Positions 11,062-21,345 are shown, counted from the stretch's first letter. The stretch: 64,000 bases of DNA from Pseudomonadota bacterium (GCA_043825875.1 JBDRRF010000051.1:1-64000), one strand, 5' to 3'. Program-made: numbers and translations. Notes: generated by a model from the sequence alone, not told the origin.

Positions 11062-11991
11062 TTACAATGCACTCAAATTTTCAAGTAATCTTTTGGCTCC
11101 CATAGAAATAAGCTTGTCAGCAAGAGCAACGCCTATTTTTTCCGATGATTCAAGAGGACCTTTTTGAATATCCGATATAATAGTTTTACCGTCAAGATCT
11201 GCAACAAGACCTTTTATAGTAAAAACATTATTATCAACTTTTCCATAACCTGCCACAGGGATTTGGCAACTGCCCTCAAGCCTTTTTAAAAAAGCTCGCT
11301 CACCCGAAACTACAGCATGGGTTAAAAAATGATCCATAGCATTTATATAACCGGATATGTCATGATCATCTTTTCTTATTTCTATGCATAAAGCCCCCTG
11401 CCCTACTGCAGGAAGCATAACATCTTCATTTAAATATTGGGTAATAATGTTTTCGAGTCCAAGTCGTTTTACTCCCGCTGCCGCAAGAATTATGGCATCA
11501 ATTTCACCTGCCTCAAGTTTCCTTATTCTTGTGTCCAGATTTCCTCTTAAAGGAGATATTTCAAAATCCGGCCTTATGCGTTTTATCTGAGCAATACGAC
11601 GTAGACTGCTTGTACCTATCCGCGCGTTTTTGGGAAGCTGTGATAATAAAAGGCCTTTATGGGAAATAAGAACATCGCAGGAATTTTCACGTTCCGGTAT
11701 CGCTCCGATACAAAGGCCATCATACAACTCGGCAGGCATATCTTTCATACTGTGAACAGCTATATCGATGCGTTTATCTACAAGCGCTTCTTCTATTTCT
11801 TTCACAAAAAGCCCTTTGCCACCTACTTTTGCAAGCGGAACATCAAGTATCTTGTCACCTTTGGTCTTAATGATTTTAAGCTCAATATTAAGATCGGCAA
11901 ATTTTTGCACAAGATTTGACTTAACCCATTCAGCCTGCCATAGTGCCAACTTGCTTCCTCTTGTGCCTATAATTATTTTAGGTTTTATCAA
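11062..11991 (-). CDS. hemC: Hydroxymethylbilane synthase
   Basis: GTRGSKLALWQ, AVHSMKD, GTSSLRR, RGNLDTR, GSCQIP; likely TTG start at 11991 overlapping the upstream stop. Confidence 0.95.
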   Translation of the reverse strand: MIKPKIIIGTRGSKLALWQAEWVKSNLVQKFADLNIELKIIKTKGDKILDVPLAKVGGKGLFVKEIEEALVDKRIDIAVHSMKDMPAELYDGLCIGAIPERENSCDVLISHKGLLLSQLPKNARIGTSSLRRIAQIKRIRPDFEISPLRGNLDTRIRKLEAGEIDAIILAAAGVKRLGLENIITQYLNEDVMLPAVGQGALCIEIRKDDHDISGYINAMDHFLTHAVVSGERAFLKRLEGSCQIPVAGYGKVDNNVFTIKGLVADLDGKTIISDIQKGPLESSEKIGVALADKLISMGAKRLLENLSAL

Positions 11992-12218
11992 TGCCCACAA
12001 CTCGAACAGCTTGAGGAAGAACAGGACCCGCAAGAAGACGCTGATGCTGATTGTCCGGTGGTTTCCCCACCTGCTCCTTTGCTCACAAAACCACAAGCCG
12101 ACATAAGTTTTTTTACTTTTTTGCTCTCACAGGATGGGCAAAAAGGTTTTTCTTTTCCAAATACCAAGAACTCAAAATCATGACTGCATTTATCACAGTG
12201 AAATTCGTATATAGGCAT
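11988..12218 (-). CDS. FmdB-family zinc-ribbon protein
   Basis: MPIYEFHCDKC...CPSC and a Cys/Ser-rich tail. Confidence 0.9.
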   Translation of the reverse strand: MPIYEFHCDKCSHDFEFLVFGKEKPFCPSCESKKVKKLMSACGFVSKGAGGETTGQSASASSCGSCSSSSCSSCGH

Positions 12219-12530
12219 ATTTTAGCTCCTTACTATATTTTTAAATCAATACTGCACTGGTTTTACCTTATGCAGATTGAATTTTTGTATAATTTTTTTC
12301 TTTTACCATTATAGAAAGTTGCGGGCAAGCAGTTATTTAGATATCAAAAAGTTCTTTATGTTTAAGCCTATCCATCCGATATTTTAATTAAATATATTGC
12401 ATACTTTAGTTTGATTCAGTAATATTGGATCTGTAAAAATTCATAACCCGTATAAATTATAATTTAAATCTATTGCCGTTTGCTCCATATTATGTTATAA
12501 ACTCAAAGTTTTGTATAGATTATTTTATAT

Positions 12531-13478
12531 ATGAAAAATAAATCAAATTCAGGGTATAGGCATATATTCGGACCAATACCTTCAAGAAGGCTGGGCATAT
12601 CCCTTGGGGTGGACCTTTTGCCTTCAAAAACCTGTACTCTTGATTGCATATATTGCGAATGCGGCAAAACAAGAAATCTTACTATCAGCCAAAAAGAATA
12701 TGTACCTGTTGAAAACGTCAAATATGAACTTAAGGATTTTTTACAATCTGGTCCTGATTTAGATTATATTACATTTGCCGGCTCTGGTGAGCCGACTTTA
12801 CACAGCGGTCTTGGAGATCTGATCCAATATATAAAATTTAGTTACCCACGCTACCGGGTAGCTGTGTTGACTAACGGCACTCTTTTTTATGAACCGTCAA
12901 TTATAAAGCAGGTCATTGATGCCGATCTTGTAAAAATATCCGTAGATACCGGAACTTTTGAAAATTTTATACGGATAAACAGGCCGCATGAAACTCTTGG
13001 ACTATCAAAGATCACAGAAGGCCTTATAAACTTAAGAAAAATCTACGATAAAGAATTGTGGGTGGAAGTATTTATTGTTAAAAATTTAAATGATAACAGG
13101 GTAGAGCTTAAAAAGATTAAAGAAGTTATTAATCTGATAAAGCCTGACCGTATTCATCTAAACACCCTTGACAGGCCCGGAACAGAAAGCTGGATTGAAC
13201 CGGTTGAAGAATTTGTTTTAAACGATATTGCAAAATACCTAAATGATGCAACACTAATTAATAAAGATGAAATATCAGGGCACATTTCAAGTAATGAAAT
13301 AGAAAAATTTATAATAGCCACTGTCAAACGGCGCCCTATCACAGCAAAAGATGTTTCTCGCATATTTAATATAAATGAAAATGATGCTAAAAGATATCTT
13401 AACACTCTGTTTGAAAACAGACTGGTTGATAAAAAGAAAATGCCCAGAGGGGAATTTTATTTTAACAGAAATAATTAA
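12531..13478 (+). CDS. Radical SAM protein (TYW1-like/COG0731) with C-terminal winged helix
   Basis: GPIPSRRLGISLG, CTLDCIYC, GSGEPTL. Confidence 0.85.
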   Translation: MKNKSNSGYRHIFGPIPSRRLGISLGVDLLPSKTCTLDCIYCECGKTRNLTISQKEYVPVENVKYELKDFLQSGPDLDYITFAGSGEPTLHSGLGDLIQYIKFSYPRYRVAVLTNGTLFYEPSIIKQVIDADLVKISVDTGTFENFIRINRPHETLGLSKITEGLINLRKIYDKELWVEVFIVKNLNDNRVELKKIKEVINLIKPDRIHLNTLDRPGTESWIEPVEEFVLNDIAKYLNDATLINKDEISGHISSNEIEKFIIATVKRRPITAKDVSRIFNINENDAKRYLNTLFENRLVDKKKMPRGEFYFNRNN

Positions 13479-13568
13479 CTCTTTATGTTTTTTTGTTCCA
13501 CTATGAATTTTATATAGTTCTGGTTAATTTTTCACAATATGACCAAAATAGCAATGGGAGGGTCAAGT

Positions 13569-14780
13569 ATGCCTATTTATCAATGGAAAGGGCGGAACAA
13601 AAGAGGCCAGATCCAAAAAGGAGAGATAGAAGCTTCCAGTATAGATGTAGTAAAAAACAGGCTTAATGCTCAAAAACTCACAGACATCAAAATAAAAGAA
13701 AAACCTAAAGATATTTTCGAAAATGTTTCTTTTTTACAGCCCAAGGTGAAGGATTCGGATATAATTATATTTGCCCGGCAATTTTCCACAATGATCGATG
13801 CGGGTCTTCCCATTGTCCAATGCCTGGATATTCTTTACTCCCAACAAGAAAACAAGACCTTCAAGATTATGCTCAAAAAGGTAAAAGAATCAGTTGAAGG
13901 CGGCACAACTTTGGCAGACGCTTTGAAAAAATATCCTGATCAGTTTGACGATCTTTTTACAAATATGATTGCAGCAGGTGAAACAGGCGGTGTTCTTGAT
14001 ACTATTTTACAGCGGCTTGCTGCATATATAGAAAAAGCGGCAAAACTTAAAGGACAGGTAAAAGGAGCCATGGTATATCCTGTAGTAACTCTTGTTATTG
14101 CCTTTGCAGTGCTTATAGTAATTCTTGTGTTTGTTATTCCGGTCTTCCAGCAGATGTTTGCGGATTTTGGTGGAGAGCTCCCTATGCCAACCCAGGTTGT
14201 TGTTGCTATGAGTGAATTTGTTAAAAAAAGAATAATATATCTTATAGTAGCAATTATTCTTTTTATAATAGTATACAAGAGAGCTGCCAAAACAGAAAAA
14301 GGACGATTTGCACTTGATGGGTTTTTCTTAAAAATGCCTGTTTTTGGTGTTTTGTTGCGCAAAGTTGCCGTAGCTAAATTTACACGAACAATGTCAACCA
14401 TGCTTTCAAGCGGAGTTTCAATATTAGAAGCTCTTGATATAGTTGCCAAGACCGCGGGTAACAAGGTAATTGAGAAAGCCATATATGATGTGCGTTCCGG
14501 GATTTCGGAAGGCCGCACCATGTCTGAACCTTTAGTTGAAAGCGGCATTTTTCCTTCTATGGTATGTCAGATGATTGCTGTAGGTGAATCTACCGGAGCC
14601 CTTGATGCCATGCTTGCAAAGATTGCCGATTTCTATGATGAAGAAGTTGATCAGGCGGTTGCAAACCTCATGTCTCTTATTGAACCATTTATGCTGGTGT
14701 TTTTAGGTGTCACACTCGGAGGTCTTGTTATAGCAATGTATCTTCCGATATTTAAAATGGCCGGCGCAATCGGGGGATAA
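13569..14780 (+). CDS. pilC: Type IV pilus platform protein PilC (T2SS F family)
   Basis: FARQFSTMIDAGLP, AGETGGVLD, VGESTGALD, AMYLPIF; GGGAGG RBS before MPIY. Confidence 0.93.
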   Translation: MPIYQWKGRNKRGQIQKGEIEASSIDVVKNRLNAQKLTDIKIKEKPKDIFENVSFLQPKVKDSDIIIFARQFSTMIDAGLPIVQCLDILYSQQENKTFKIMLKKVKESVEGGTTLADALKKYPDQFDDLFTNMIAAGETGGVLDTILQRLAAYIEKAAKLKGQVKGAMVYPVVTLVIAFAVLIVILVFVIPVFQQMFADFGGELPMPTQVVVAMSEFVKKRIIYLIVAIILFIIVYKRAAKTEKGRFALDGFFLKMPVFGVLLRKVAVAKFTRTMSTMLSSGVSILEALDIVAKTAGNKVIEKAIYDVRSGISEGRTMSEPLVESGIFPSMVCQMIAVGESTGALDAMLAKIADFYDEEVDQAVANLMSLIEPFMLVFLGVTLGGLVIAMYLPIFKMAGAIGG

Positions 14781-14789
14781 CAATTTTTC

Positions 14790-15713
14790 ATGAGCAAACC
14801 CGATTTAAGTGTTGATATTGGCGGAATACAACTTAAAAATCCGGTCATGACCGCCTCCGGCACTTTCGGTTATGCACAAGAGTTTGAGCCTTTTATTGAT
14901 TTAAACAGTATAGGAGCAATAATAGTAAAAGGGCTTTCCCTAAAATCTTCAAAAGGAAACAAGCCTCCACGCATTGTTGAAACTCCATGCGGGATGTTAA
15001 ATGCCATAGGTCTTGAAAATATCGGGCTTGACGATTTTATAAAAAATAAACTACCATTTCTAAAAACTTTATCAACACCTGCTATTGTTAATATTTACGG
15101 TACAAGTATAGAGGAGTACTCTATGCTTGCTGAAGCGATAGAGGATATTAAAGAAATAGCAGGTATAGAAGTAAATATATCCTGTCCCAATGTTAAAAAA
15201 GGCGGAATAGCTTTTGGAGTTGATCCAAAGTCAGCATATAAAGTTACAAAAGCGGTTCGTAATAAAACGTCCAAACCTCTTATGGTCAAACTTTCCCCAA
15301 ATGTTACCGATATTACGGAAATAGCTTTAAGCGCAGCCGATGCAGGAGCAAATTCTGTGTCTCTTATTAACACAATTACCGGTATGTCAATAGACATAAA
15401 GACAAGGCGTTCAAGGCTAGCCAATATAACAGGAGGACTTTCAGGGCCTGCAATCAAGCCGATAGCTCTACGGATGGTATGGCAGGTAGCTCAAAAAGTG
15501 AAAATCCCCATAGTAGGTGTCGGAGGAATACTTACCGCCGATGATGCTATTGAGTTTATCATAGCAGGTGCAACAGCAGTTCAGATCGGCACGGCAAATT
15601 TTATAAACCCAAGAGCAACTATCGAAATAATAAAAGGGATAGAAGATTTTCTTATAGAAAGCAAAATCCCAAATATTACAGAACTTGTAGGTACCTTGGA
15701 TATGAACTGTTAA
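14790..15713 (+). CDS. pyrD: Dihydroorotate dehydrogenase, family 1B catalytic subunit
   Basis: NPVMTASGT, NAIGLEN, NISCPN, KLSPN, GGLSGPAIKP. Confidence 0.95.
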   Translation: MSKPDLSVDIGGIQLKNPVMTASGTFGYAQEFEPFIDLNSIGAIIVKGLSLKSSKGNKPPRIVETPCGMLNAIGLENIGLDDFIKNKLPFLKTLSTPAIVNIYGTSIEEYSMLAEAIEDIKEIAGIEVNISCPNVKKGGIAFGVDPKSAYKVTKAVRNKTSKPLMVKLSPNVTDITEIALSAADAGANSVSLINTITGMSIDIKTRRSRLANITGGLSGPAIKPIALRMVWQVAQKVKIPIVGVGGILTADDAIEFIIAGATAVQIGTANFINPRATIEIIKGIEDFLIESKIPNITELVGTLDMNC

Positions 15714-15728
15714 TATTAAGGAGGAATA

Positions 15729-16214
15729 ATGAATGATAAAAGCAATAATGAATGCACACTTCACGATGGTTTCTCTTTAAAAGATAAGATCCTCATGCAG
15801 ACCGGCTGGAATGGGTTCATGATTGTAGGAACTTACGGTATCTATAAGCAAGACCCACTCTGGGCCTTGGCATATATAGCCTATATAATAATAGGATACT
15901 CCCTGATTGTCATTCCTTATTTGTGCGCCCATTGTCCGTATCCCTACAAAATGATGGACTGCCTTTTTATGCCCTCGGGATTTCTACGGAAATTTTATAC
16001 TTACAGGGGACCTCAACCACCTATGATAGGCAAAATAGCTGCCAATGCCATCATGGTGGGAACAGCTCTAATTCCGAATTTCTGGTTATATACAGATATC
16101 CCGCTGCTCATAGTTTTCTGGATCTTCGGGCTACCTACATTGCTGGCTTTCCCCTTACACTATTGCAAACATTGCCGCCATTCCGGATGTTCCGCAAACA
16201 GAGCTAAACCATAG
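15729..16214 (+). CDS. Uncharacterised multi-TM membrane protein with two Cys clusters
   Basis: GGAGG RBS; about 4 hydrophobic segments; CAHCPY...C and CKHC...C motifs. Confidence 0.75.
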   Translation: MNDKSNNECTLHDGFSLKDKILMQTGWNGFMIVGTYGIYKQDPLWALAYIAYIIIGYSLIVIPYLCAHCPYPYKMMDCLFMPSGFLRKFYTYRGPQPPMIGKIAANAIMVGTALIPNFWLYTDIPLLIVFWIFGLPTLLAFPLHYCKHCRHSGCSANRAKP

Positions 16215-16367
16215 CCATTACCTGCTGTTGCGGCTTAATACATTGCGGCAGATATTAAAAGCGCCAACAATGATAAAAACTAAAATTTGACTCTTATGCT
16301 ATATTAGGATAATGTTTTAATGCGGTTTTTTTGGTATAGTTATCCCCCCAAAAAAGGAGAATCGTAC

Positions 16368-16640
16368 ATGACAAAAGCAGAATTAGTTGATGCAATAGCT
16401 GCCGATTCAAAAATCACAAAAACTGCTGCTGCTGCAGCGCTGGATTCATTTATGAAAAATGTCACAAAAGCTTTAAAATCAAAAGATGGCAAAGTTACTC
16501 TTGTTGGTTTTGGAACATTCTCTAAAACAAAACGCGCTGCTCGTAAGGGTAGAAATCCCCAGACCGGCGCAGCAATCAAAATCAAAGCATGTAATGTTGT
16601 AAAATTCAAAGCCGGTAAAAACCTAAAAAATGCAGTGTAG
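16368..16640 (+). CDS. hup: HU-family DNA-binding protein
   Basis: MTKAELV, GFGTF, ARKGRNPQTG, KFKAGK; AGGAG RBS. Confidence 0.95.
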   Translation: MTKAELVDAIAADSKITKTAAAAALDSFMKNVTKALKSKDGKVTLVGFGTFSKTKRAARKGRNPQTGAAIKIKACNVVKFKAGKNLKNAV

Positions 16641-16722
16641 GACCTGAAACAGTTTTTTACCAAAAAAACCGCAATTTTTTTAAAAAAACCATGCAGAGAA
16701 AATAAAGGAAGATGTTTGCAAT

Positions 16723-16752
16723 GCAACTACCGGGTTAATCCCCGGTAGTTGC
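16723..16752. terminator. Perfect 12-bp hairpin between convergent hup and leuA
   Basis: GCAACTACCGGG-TTAATC-CCCGGTAGTTGC; no clear U-tract. Confidence 0.55.
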
Positions 16753-16844
16753 TGATAATTGAGGATAAAAGATTTAGTGTAATATAAACCTTAAGCCTTA
16801 GGGTTTTTGTCAGTCCATCAACTCTTTTGGAATACTCTTTTTCA

Positions 16845-18392
16845 TTACTCTTCTATAGCAGATTCGGAAATCTTTAACGGATGAGCCTTAAGATATTCAA
16901 GCCTGTTTAAACCATTTATATAGGCTTTGGCGCTTGCAGTAATGATATCAGGATCAGCTCCTCTGCCCATAGCTTCCAGACCATTTTCTTTCAATCTAAC
17001 CGTAACTTCACCCTGTGAATCAGTTCCTCCGGAAAGTGAACTGACTGAAAAACGCATTAACTCAGATGTGGTTCCGGTTAACCTGGCAATGGTATTGAAA
17101 GCCGCATCGATAGGCCCGTTGCCATAACCTGCACCCTGAACAGGCCTTTCATTTATAATAAGCCTGACACTGGCCATTGGCATGACAGTTGTTCCTGCTA
17201 TAACATTTAAGTAGTCAAGAGAGAACACATCTTTTGTCTGTAACAACCCTTCAGCAACCAGCACTTCGATATCTTCATCCATCACATGCTTTTTTCTGTC
17301 AGCAAGTTCTTTAAATTTTACAAACAAGGTATCTATTTCTTCCGGTGACAGTACATATCCCATATCATTAAGATGAGCCCGAAGTGCATGGCGTCCTGAA
17401 TGCTTGCCTAAAACCATCTTATTGGTATTTAATCCTATAGTTTCCGGCTTCATAATTTCATACGTCATGGGATTTTTTAATACCCCGTCCTGATGAATAC
17501 CTGATTCATGAGCAAAAGCATTGGCACCTACAACAGCTTTGTTAGGCTGAACAATTATACCCGTAATCATACTAACAAGACGGCTGGTCGGGTAAAAATA
17601 TTCCGTATGGATACCGGTGGTCATCGGAAAATAATTAGGCCTGGTATTAATTGCCATTACTACTTCTTCCATAGAAGCATTTCCGGCTCTTTCACCTATC
17701 CCGTTTATTGTAACTTCAGCCTGCCTTGCCCCTGCGACAATAGCCGCAAGAGTATTTGCCGTGGCAAGACCCAGATCATTATGACAATGAACACTTAAAA
17801 TAGCCTTATTTATATTTGGCGTATGTGCTATCACATATCTGATCAGTTCTGCAAATTCTTCAGGAATGGCGTATCCAACCGTATCCGGCAAATTAACCGT
17901 GCTGGCTCCTGCTTCAATTGCCGCTTCATATACTTTGCACAAATAATCTCGGTCGCTTCGGGATGCGTCTTCAGCTGAAAATTCTATATTATCGGTAAAT
18001 TTTTTTGCATGTTTCACAGCTTCTACCGATCTTTGTATTACTTCTTCTCTTGTCATATTAAGCTTGTATTTCAAATGCAGATCTGAGGTAGCAATAACAG
18101 TATGAATCCTTGGTTTTGCAGCATTTTTTATTGCTTCCCATGCTCGGTCAATATCGGGTATGTTAGCTCTGGCCAAAGCTGCAATCTGGGAATTTTTTAT
18201 TTTTCCCGATATCGCCGAGACCGCTTCGAAGTCACCTTCGGAGGTTGCAGGAAAACCTACTTCAAGTATATCAACACCAAGCTTTTCAAGCTGTGTTGCA
18301 ACTCTTAATTTTTCAGCGGTATTCATGCTGGCTCCGGGCGATTGCTCGCCGTCTCTTAATGTGGTATCAAAAATATATATGCGGTCACTCAT
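16845..18392 (-). CDS. leuA: 2-isopropylmalate synthase
   Basis: DTTLRDGEQSPG, HCHNDLG, GIGERAGN, HESGIHQDG, GNGPIDA; start MSDR at 18392 with AGGAG RBS (the longer ORF reads into a repeat). Confidence 0.96.
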   Translation of the reverse strand: MSDRIYIFDTTLRDGEQSPGASMNTAEKLRVATQLEKLGVDILEVGFPATSEGDFEAVSAISGKIKNSQIAALARANIPDIDRAWEAIKNAAKPRIHTVIATSDLHLKYKLNMTREEVIQRSVEAVKHAKKFTDNIEFSAEDASRSDRDYLCKVYEAAIEAGASTVNLPDTVGYAIPEEFAELIRYVIAHTPNINKAILSVHCHNDLGLATANTLAAIVAGARQAEVTINGIGERAGNASMEEVVMAINTRPNYFPMTTGIHTEYFYPTSRLVSMITGIIVQPNKAVVGANAFAHESGIHQDGVLKNPMTYEIMKPETIGLNTNKMVLGKHSGRHALRAHLNDMGYVLSPEEIDTLFVKFKELADRKKHVMDEDIEVLVAEGLLQTKDVFSLDYLNVIAGTTVMPMASVRLIINERPVQGAGYGNGPIDAAFNTIARLTGTTSELMRFSVSSLSGGTDSQGEVTVRLKENGLEAMGRGADPDIITASAKAYINGLNRLEYLKAHPLKISESAIEE

Positions 18393-18417
18393 ATTTTCTC
18401 CTTTACAAAAAACAACA

Positions 18418-18560
18418 GAGCCTGTTTCAAAACGCCCCATTTTGGCCGATCTTAAGCGTTGGGCTCAAATTTCAATCCTCGAAATACTAAATGTATTCCT
18501 GTGGTTGAAATTTTCTCCCGCCTTGAGCTTGACCAAACTGAATCGTTTTGAAAGTGGCTC
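18418..18560. mobile_element. Long-hairpin MITE/REP-like element, family A copy 1 (143 bp)
   Basis: Ends GAGCC..TTTCAAAACG / CGTTTTGAAA..GGCTC; close reverse-complement match to 36446-36587 and 55005-55168; flanked by AACA/AACA. Confidence 0.85.
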
Positions 18561-18592
18561 AACAAATTATACTTTAGCAAATAACAAATAAT

Positions 18593-20179
18593 TTATATAA
18601 TCTTTGCTAATTTATACTGAAAGCTGTCTGCAAGTGCATGCCAGCTTGCTTCTATAATGTCTTCAGAAACTCCTATAGTGCTCCAGATATCATCTTTGTC
18701 CCGCGATTCTATAAAAACCCTGACTTTAGCGGCAGTGCCTTCGCGGCCATCCATAACTCTAACTTTAAAATCTATAAGACGCATTGAATCAAGATCGGGA
18801 TAAAATTTTGCAAGAGCCTTGCGCAATGCATTGTCAAGGGCACTCACCGGACCATGACCTTCGGCAGCAGTTATTTCGCTTTTTTCATCAACTTTAATTT
18901 TAATTGTCGCATGAGCCGTACATGGTCTGTCTTTGTCTTTTTCAACAGTTACACGAAACGATTCAAGCTCAAAAAGTGGCTTGAACTGATCGGTATATTT
19001 TTCTACCAATATCCGAAATGATCCGTCGGCTGTATCAAATTGATAACCTTCCTGTTCTAGCCGCTTTATCTCGTTTACAATTTTGCGGCTGTCAAATCCT
19101 TTTTTGCCAAGCTCAATGTCAAGTTCTTTTGCTTTGTACTCCACATTACTTTTACCGGATAGATCCGAGATAAGAACACGGCGGACATTTCCTACAAGCT
19201 CAGGGTCCATATGTTCATAAGCTCTCGGCTCCTTCATGATAGCACTTACATGCACACCACCTTTATGAGCAAAAGCGCTTTTTCCCACAAAGGGCCTGCT
19301 TTTTAAAGGAATCATATTTGCGGTTTCACTAACGAAATAAGACAATTTAGTTAATTTGGCGAGATTCTCATATGGAAAACACGGACGGTTCATTTTATGG
19401 CAAAGTATGGGAATAACCGAAGTCAAATCAGTGTTTCCACATCTTTCCCCGTAACCGTTCACAGTTCCCTGTACCATTATCGCGCCGGCCTTTATGGCTG
19501 TTATTGAATTTGCCACAGCAAGGCCACAGTCATTATGTGCATGAATCCCTATCCTGACAGGCGTTTTCCCGCCGTAATGCTTTTCAAGTTTTATTCTTGC
19601 ATCATTTGTTATTGTTTCAATCTCAAAAGGAAGACTACCACCGTTTGTATCGCAAAGCACAATAATATCCGCACCGCTTTGTGCAGCAGTAATCAGAGTT
19701 TTTATTGCGTATTTGCTGTTATCCTTATATCCGTCAAAAAAATGTTCTGCATCATAAATTACTTCTCGATTATTATGTTTCAAATACTCTACAGTGTCTC
19801 TAATCATTTCAAGATTTTCTTCTAAAGTATTTTCCATAATTTTAAGGATATGAAGTTCCCAGCTTTTTCCAAAAACCGTTATAGCCGGAGTATCGCTTTC
19901 GATAAGTGCTTTTATACTGGGATCATCGTCCGGAGAAATCCCGGATCTTCGTGTTGCACCAAATGCGCATAGGCGGCTGTTTTTAAACTTTGTCCGTTTA
20001 GCAAGATCAAAGAATTGTTTATCTCTCGGATTGGAACCAGGCCAGCCACCTTCAATATAATGTATCCCAAGGTCGTCAAGCCTTTTTGCGATATCGATCT
20101 TTTCATCGGCAGTAAAGCTGACATTTTCCCCTTGGGTTCCATCTCTTAAGGTTGTGTCATATAAAAGTATCGGTTCCAT
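18593..20179 (-). CDS. cimA: Citramalate synthase
   Basis: DTTLRDGTQGE, IEGGWPGSNP, YDAEHFFDG, GYGERCGN, HKGGVH. Confidence 0.92.
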   Translation of the reverse strand: MEPILLYDTTLRDGTQGENVSFTADEKIDIAKRLDDLGIHYIEGGWPGSNPRDKQFFDLAKRTKFKNSRLCAFGATRRSGISPDDDPSIKALIESDTPAITVFGKSWELHILKIMENTLEENLEMIRDTVEYLKHNNREVIYDAEHFFDGYKDNSKYAIKTLITAAQSGADIIVLCDTNGGSLPFEIETITNDARIKLEKHYGGKTPVRIGIHAHNDCGLAVANSITAIKAGAIMVQGTVNGYGERCGNTDLTSVIPILCHKMNRPCFPYENLAKLTKLSYFVSETANMIPLKSRPFVGKSAFAHKGGVHVSAIMKEPRAYEHMDPELVGNVRRVLISDLSGKSNVEYKAKELDIELGKKGFDSRKIVNEIKRLEQEGYQFDTADGSFRILVEKYTDQFKPLFELESFRVTVEKDKDRPCTAHATIKIKVDEKSEITAAEGHGPVSALDNALRKALAKFYPDLDSMRLIDFKVRVMDGREGTAAKVRVFIESRDKDDIWSTIGVSEDIIEASWHALADSFQYKLAKII

Positions 20180-20255
20180 GATACACTCCAGTAATCAGGA
20201 CTTTGTTTAAAACCACAAATATAATACTTTATCAAAAGTCCTTCAAAAACACTTA

Positions 20256-21308
20256 TTATTTATTTCTATTCTCAGGCCGAAGAGAGCGGACTGCTGCTCC
20301 AGCTTTCCACATTTCGGAATTTTTTATTATATCCAGCTCTTTCCTCAGTTTCACAAGATAATCGGGAGCACTGTTTACCTCAAGCACCCTTTTTGTTTCT
20401 TTTCCTGATTTAACTCTATCATACAAATCATCAAAAACCGGAACAACTGCATCGCGGAACTTTGGAGACCAGTCTAGCGCGCCCCTTTGTGCGGTAGTAC
20501 TGCAGTTTGCAAACATCCAGTCCATTCCATTTTCTGCTACCAGACGAATAAGGCTTTGGGTCAGCTCTTCAACTGTTTCGTTAAAAGCTTCACTGGGAGA
20601 ATGGCCGTGTTTTCTTAACAGATTATACTGAGCCTCCATAACACCTGCCAGGCAACCCATAAGAACGCCTCTTTCACCCGTCAAATCACTATATACTTCT
20701 TGTTCAAATGTTGTCGGGAACAGATAACCGGAGCCTATGGCAATACCAAGAGCGAGAGTTCTTTCCGTTGCACGGCCGGTATAATCCTGAAAAACCGCAT
20801 AGCTTGAATTTATTCCGCTTCCGTCCAAAAAATTTCTTCTGACATTTGTGCCGGAACCTTTTGGTGCAACAAGGATAACATCAACATTATCCGGCGGAAT
20901 AATTCCTGTCTGATCTTTATATACAATGGAGAAGCCATGCGAAAAATAAAGGGCGTTTCCTTCCGAAAGACACTTTTTTACAGTCGGCCATGTCGCAACT
21001 TGCCCAGCATCAGAAAGAAGTTCTTTAATAATTGTTCCTCTTGTTGCTGCTTCTTCTAACGGAAAAAGAGTTTTGCCCGGAACAAAGCCATCGGCAATTG
21101 CTTTTTCCCAGTAAGCATCACCCTCCATCTGGCCGATAATTGTCGGAAATCCGTTGTCTCTTAAATTAAGAGCCTGTGCCGGTCCCTGAACACCATAGCC
21201 AAGAATTGCTATAGTTTCATCTTTGAGCACTTCTCTTGCTTTTTCAATAGTAAATTCTTCAGATGTTATAACTTCCTCTACTACTCCACCGAAATCAATT
21301 TTTGCCAT
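20256..21308 (-). CDS. ilvC: Ketol-acid reductoisomerase (fungal Ilv5/Bacteroidota-like)
   Basis: GYGVQGPAQ, FSHGF, VAPKGSG, SDLTGERG, CSTTAQRG. Confidence 0.95.
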   Translation of the reverse strand: MAKIDFGGVVEEVITSEEFTIEKAREVLKDETIAILGYGVQGPAQALNLRDNGFPTIIGQMEGDAYWEKAIADGFVPGKTLFPLEEAATRGTIIKELLSDAGQVATWPTVKKCLSEGNALYFSHGFSIVYKDQTGIIPPDNVDVILVAPKGSGTNVRRNFLDGSGINSSYAVFQDYTGRATERTLALGIAIGSGYLFPTTFEQEVYSDLTGERGVLMGCLAGVMEAQYNLLRKHGHSPSEAFNETVEELTQSLIRLVAENGMDWMFANCSTTAQRGALDWSPKFRDAVVPVFDDLYDRVKSGKETKRVLEVNSAPDYLVKLRKELDIIKNSEMWKAGAAVRSLRPENRNK

Positions 21309-21345
21309 GATTTTCTCCTTCTTATATATATTTATTGTAAAAAAT

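Noticed and set aside
11992..12096. Longer hemC start given by the ORF track
   Set aside because: Overlaps the FmdB gene in another frame; HemC similarity begins at KIIIGTRGS.
18393..18591. N-terminal extension of leuA and + strand ORFs 18160-18591 and 18245-18490
   Set aside because: They read through the family A repeat or are antisense to leuA; the real start with RBS is 18392.
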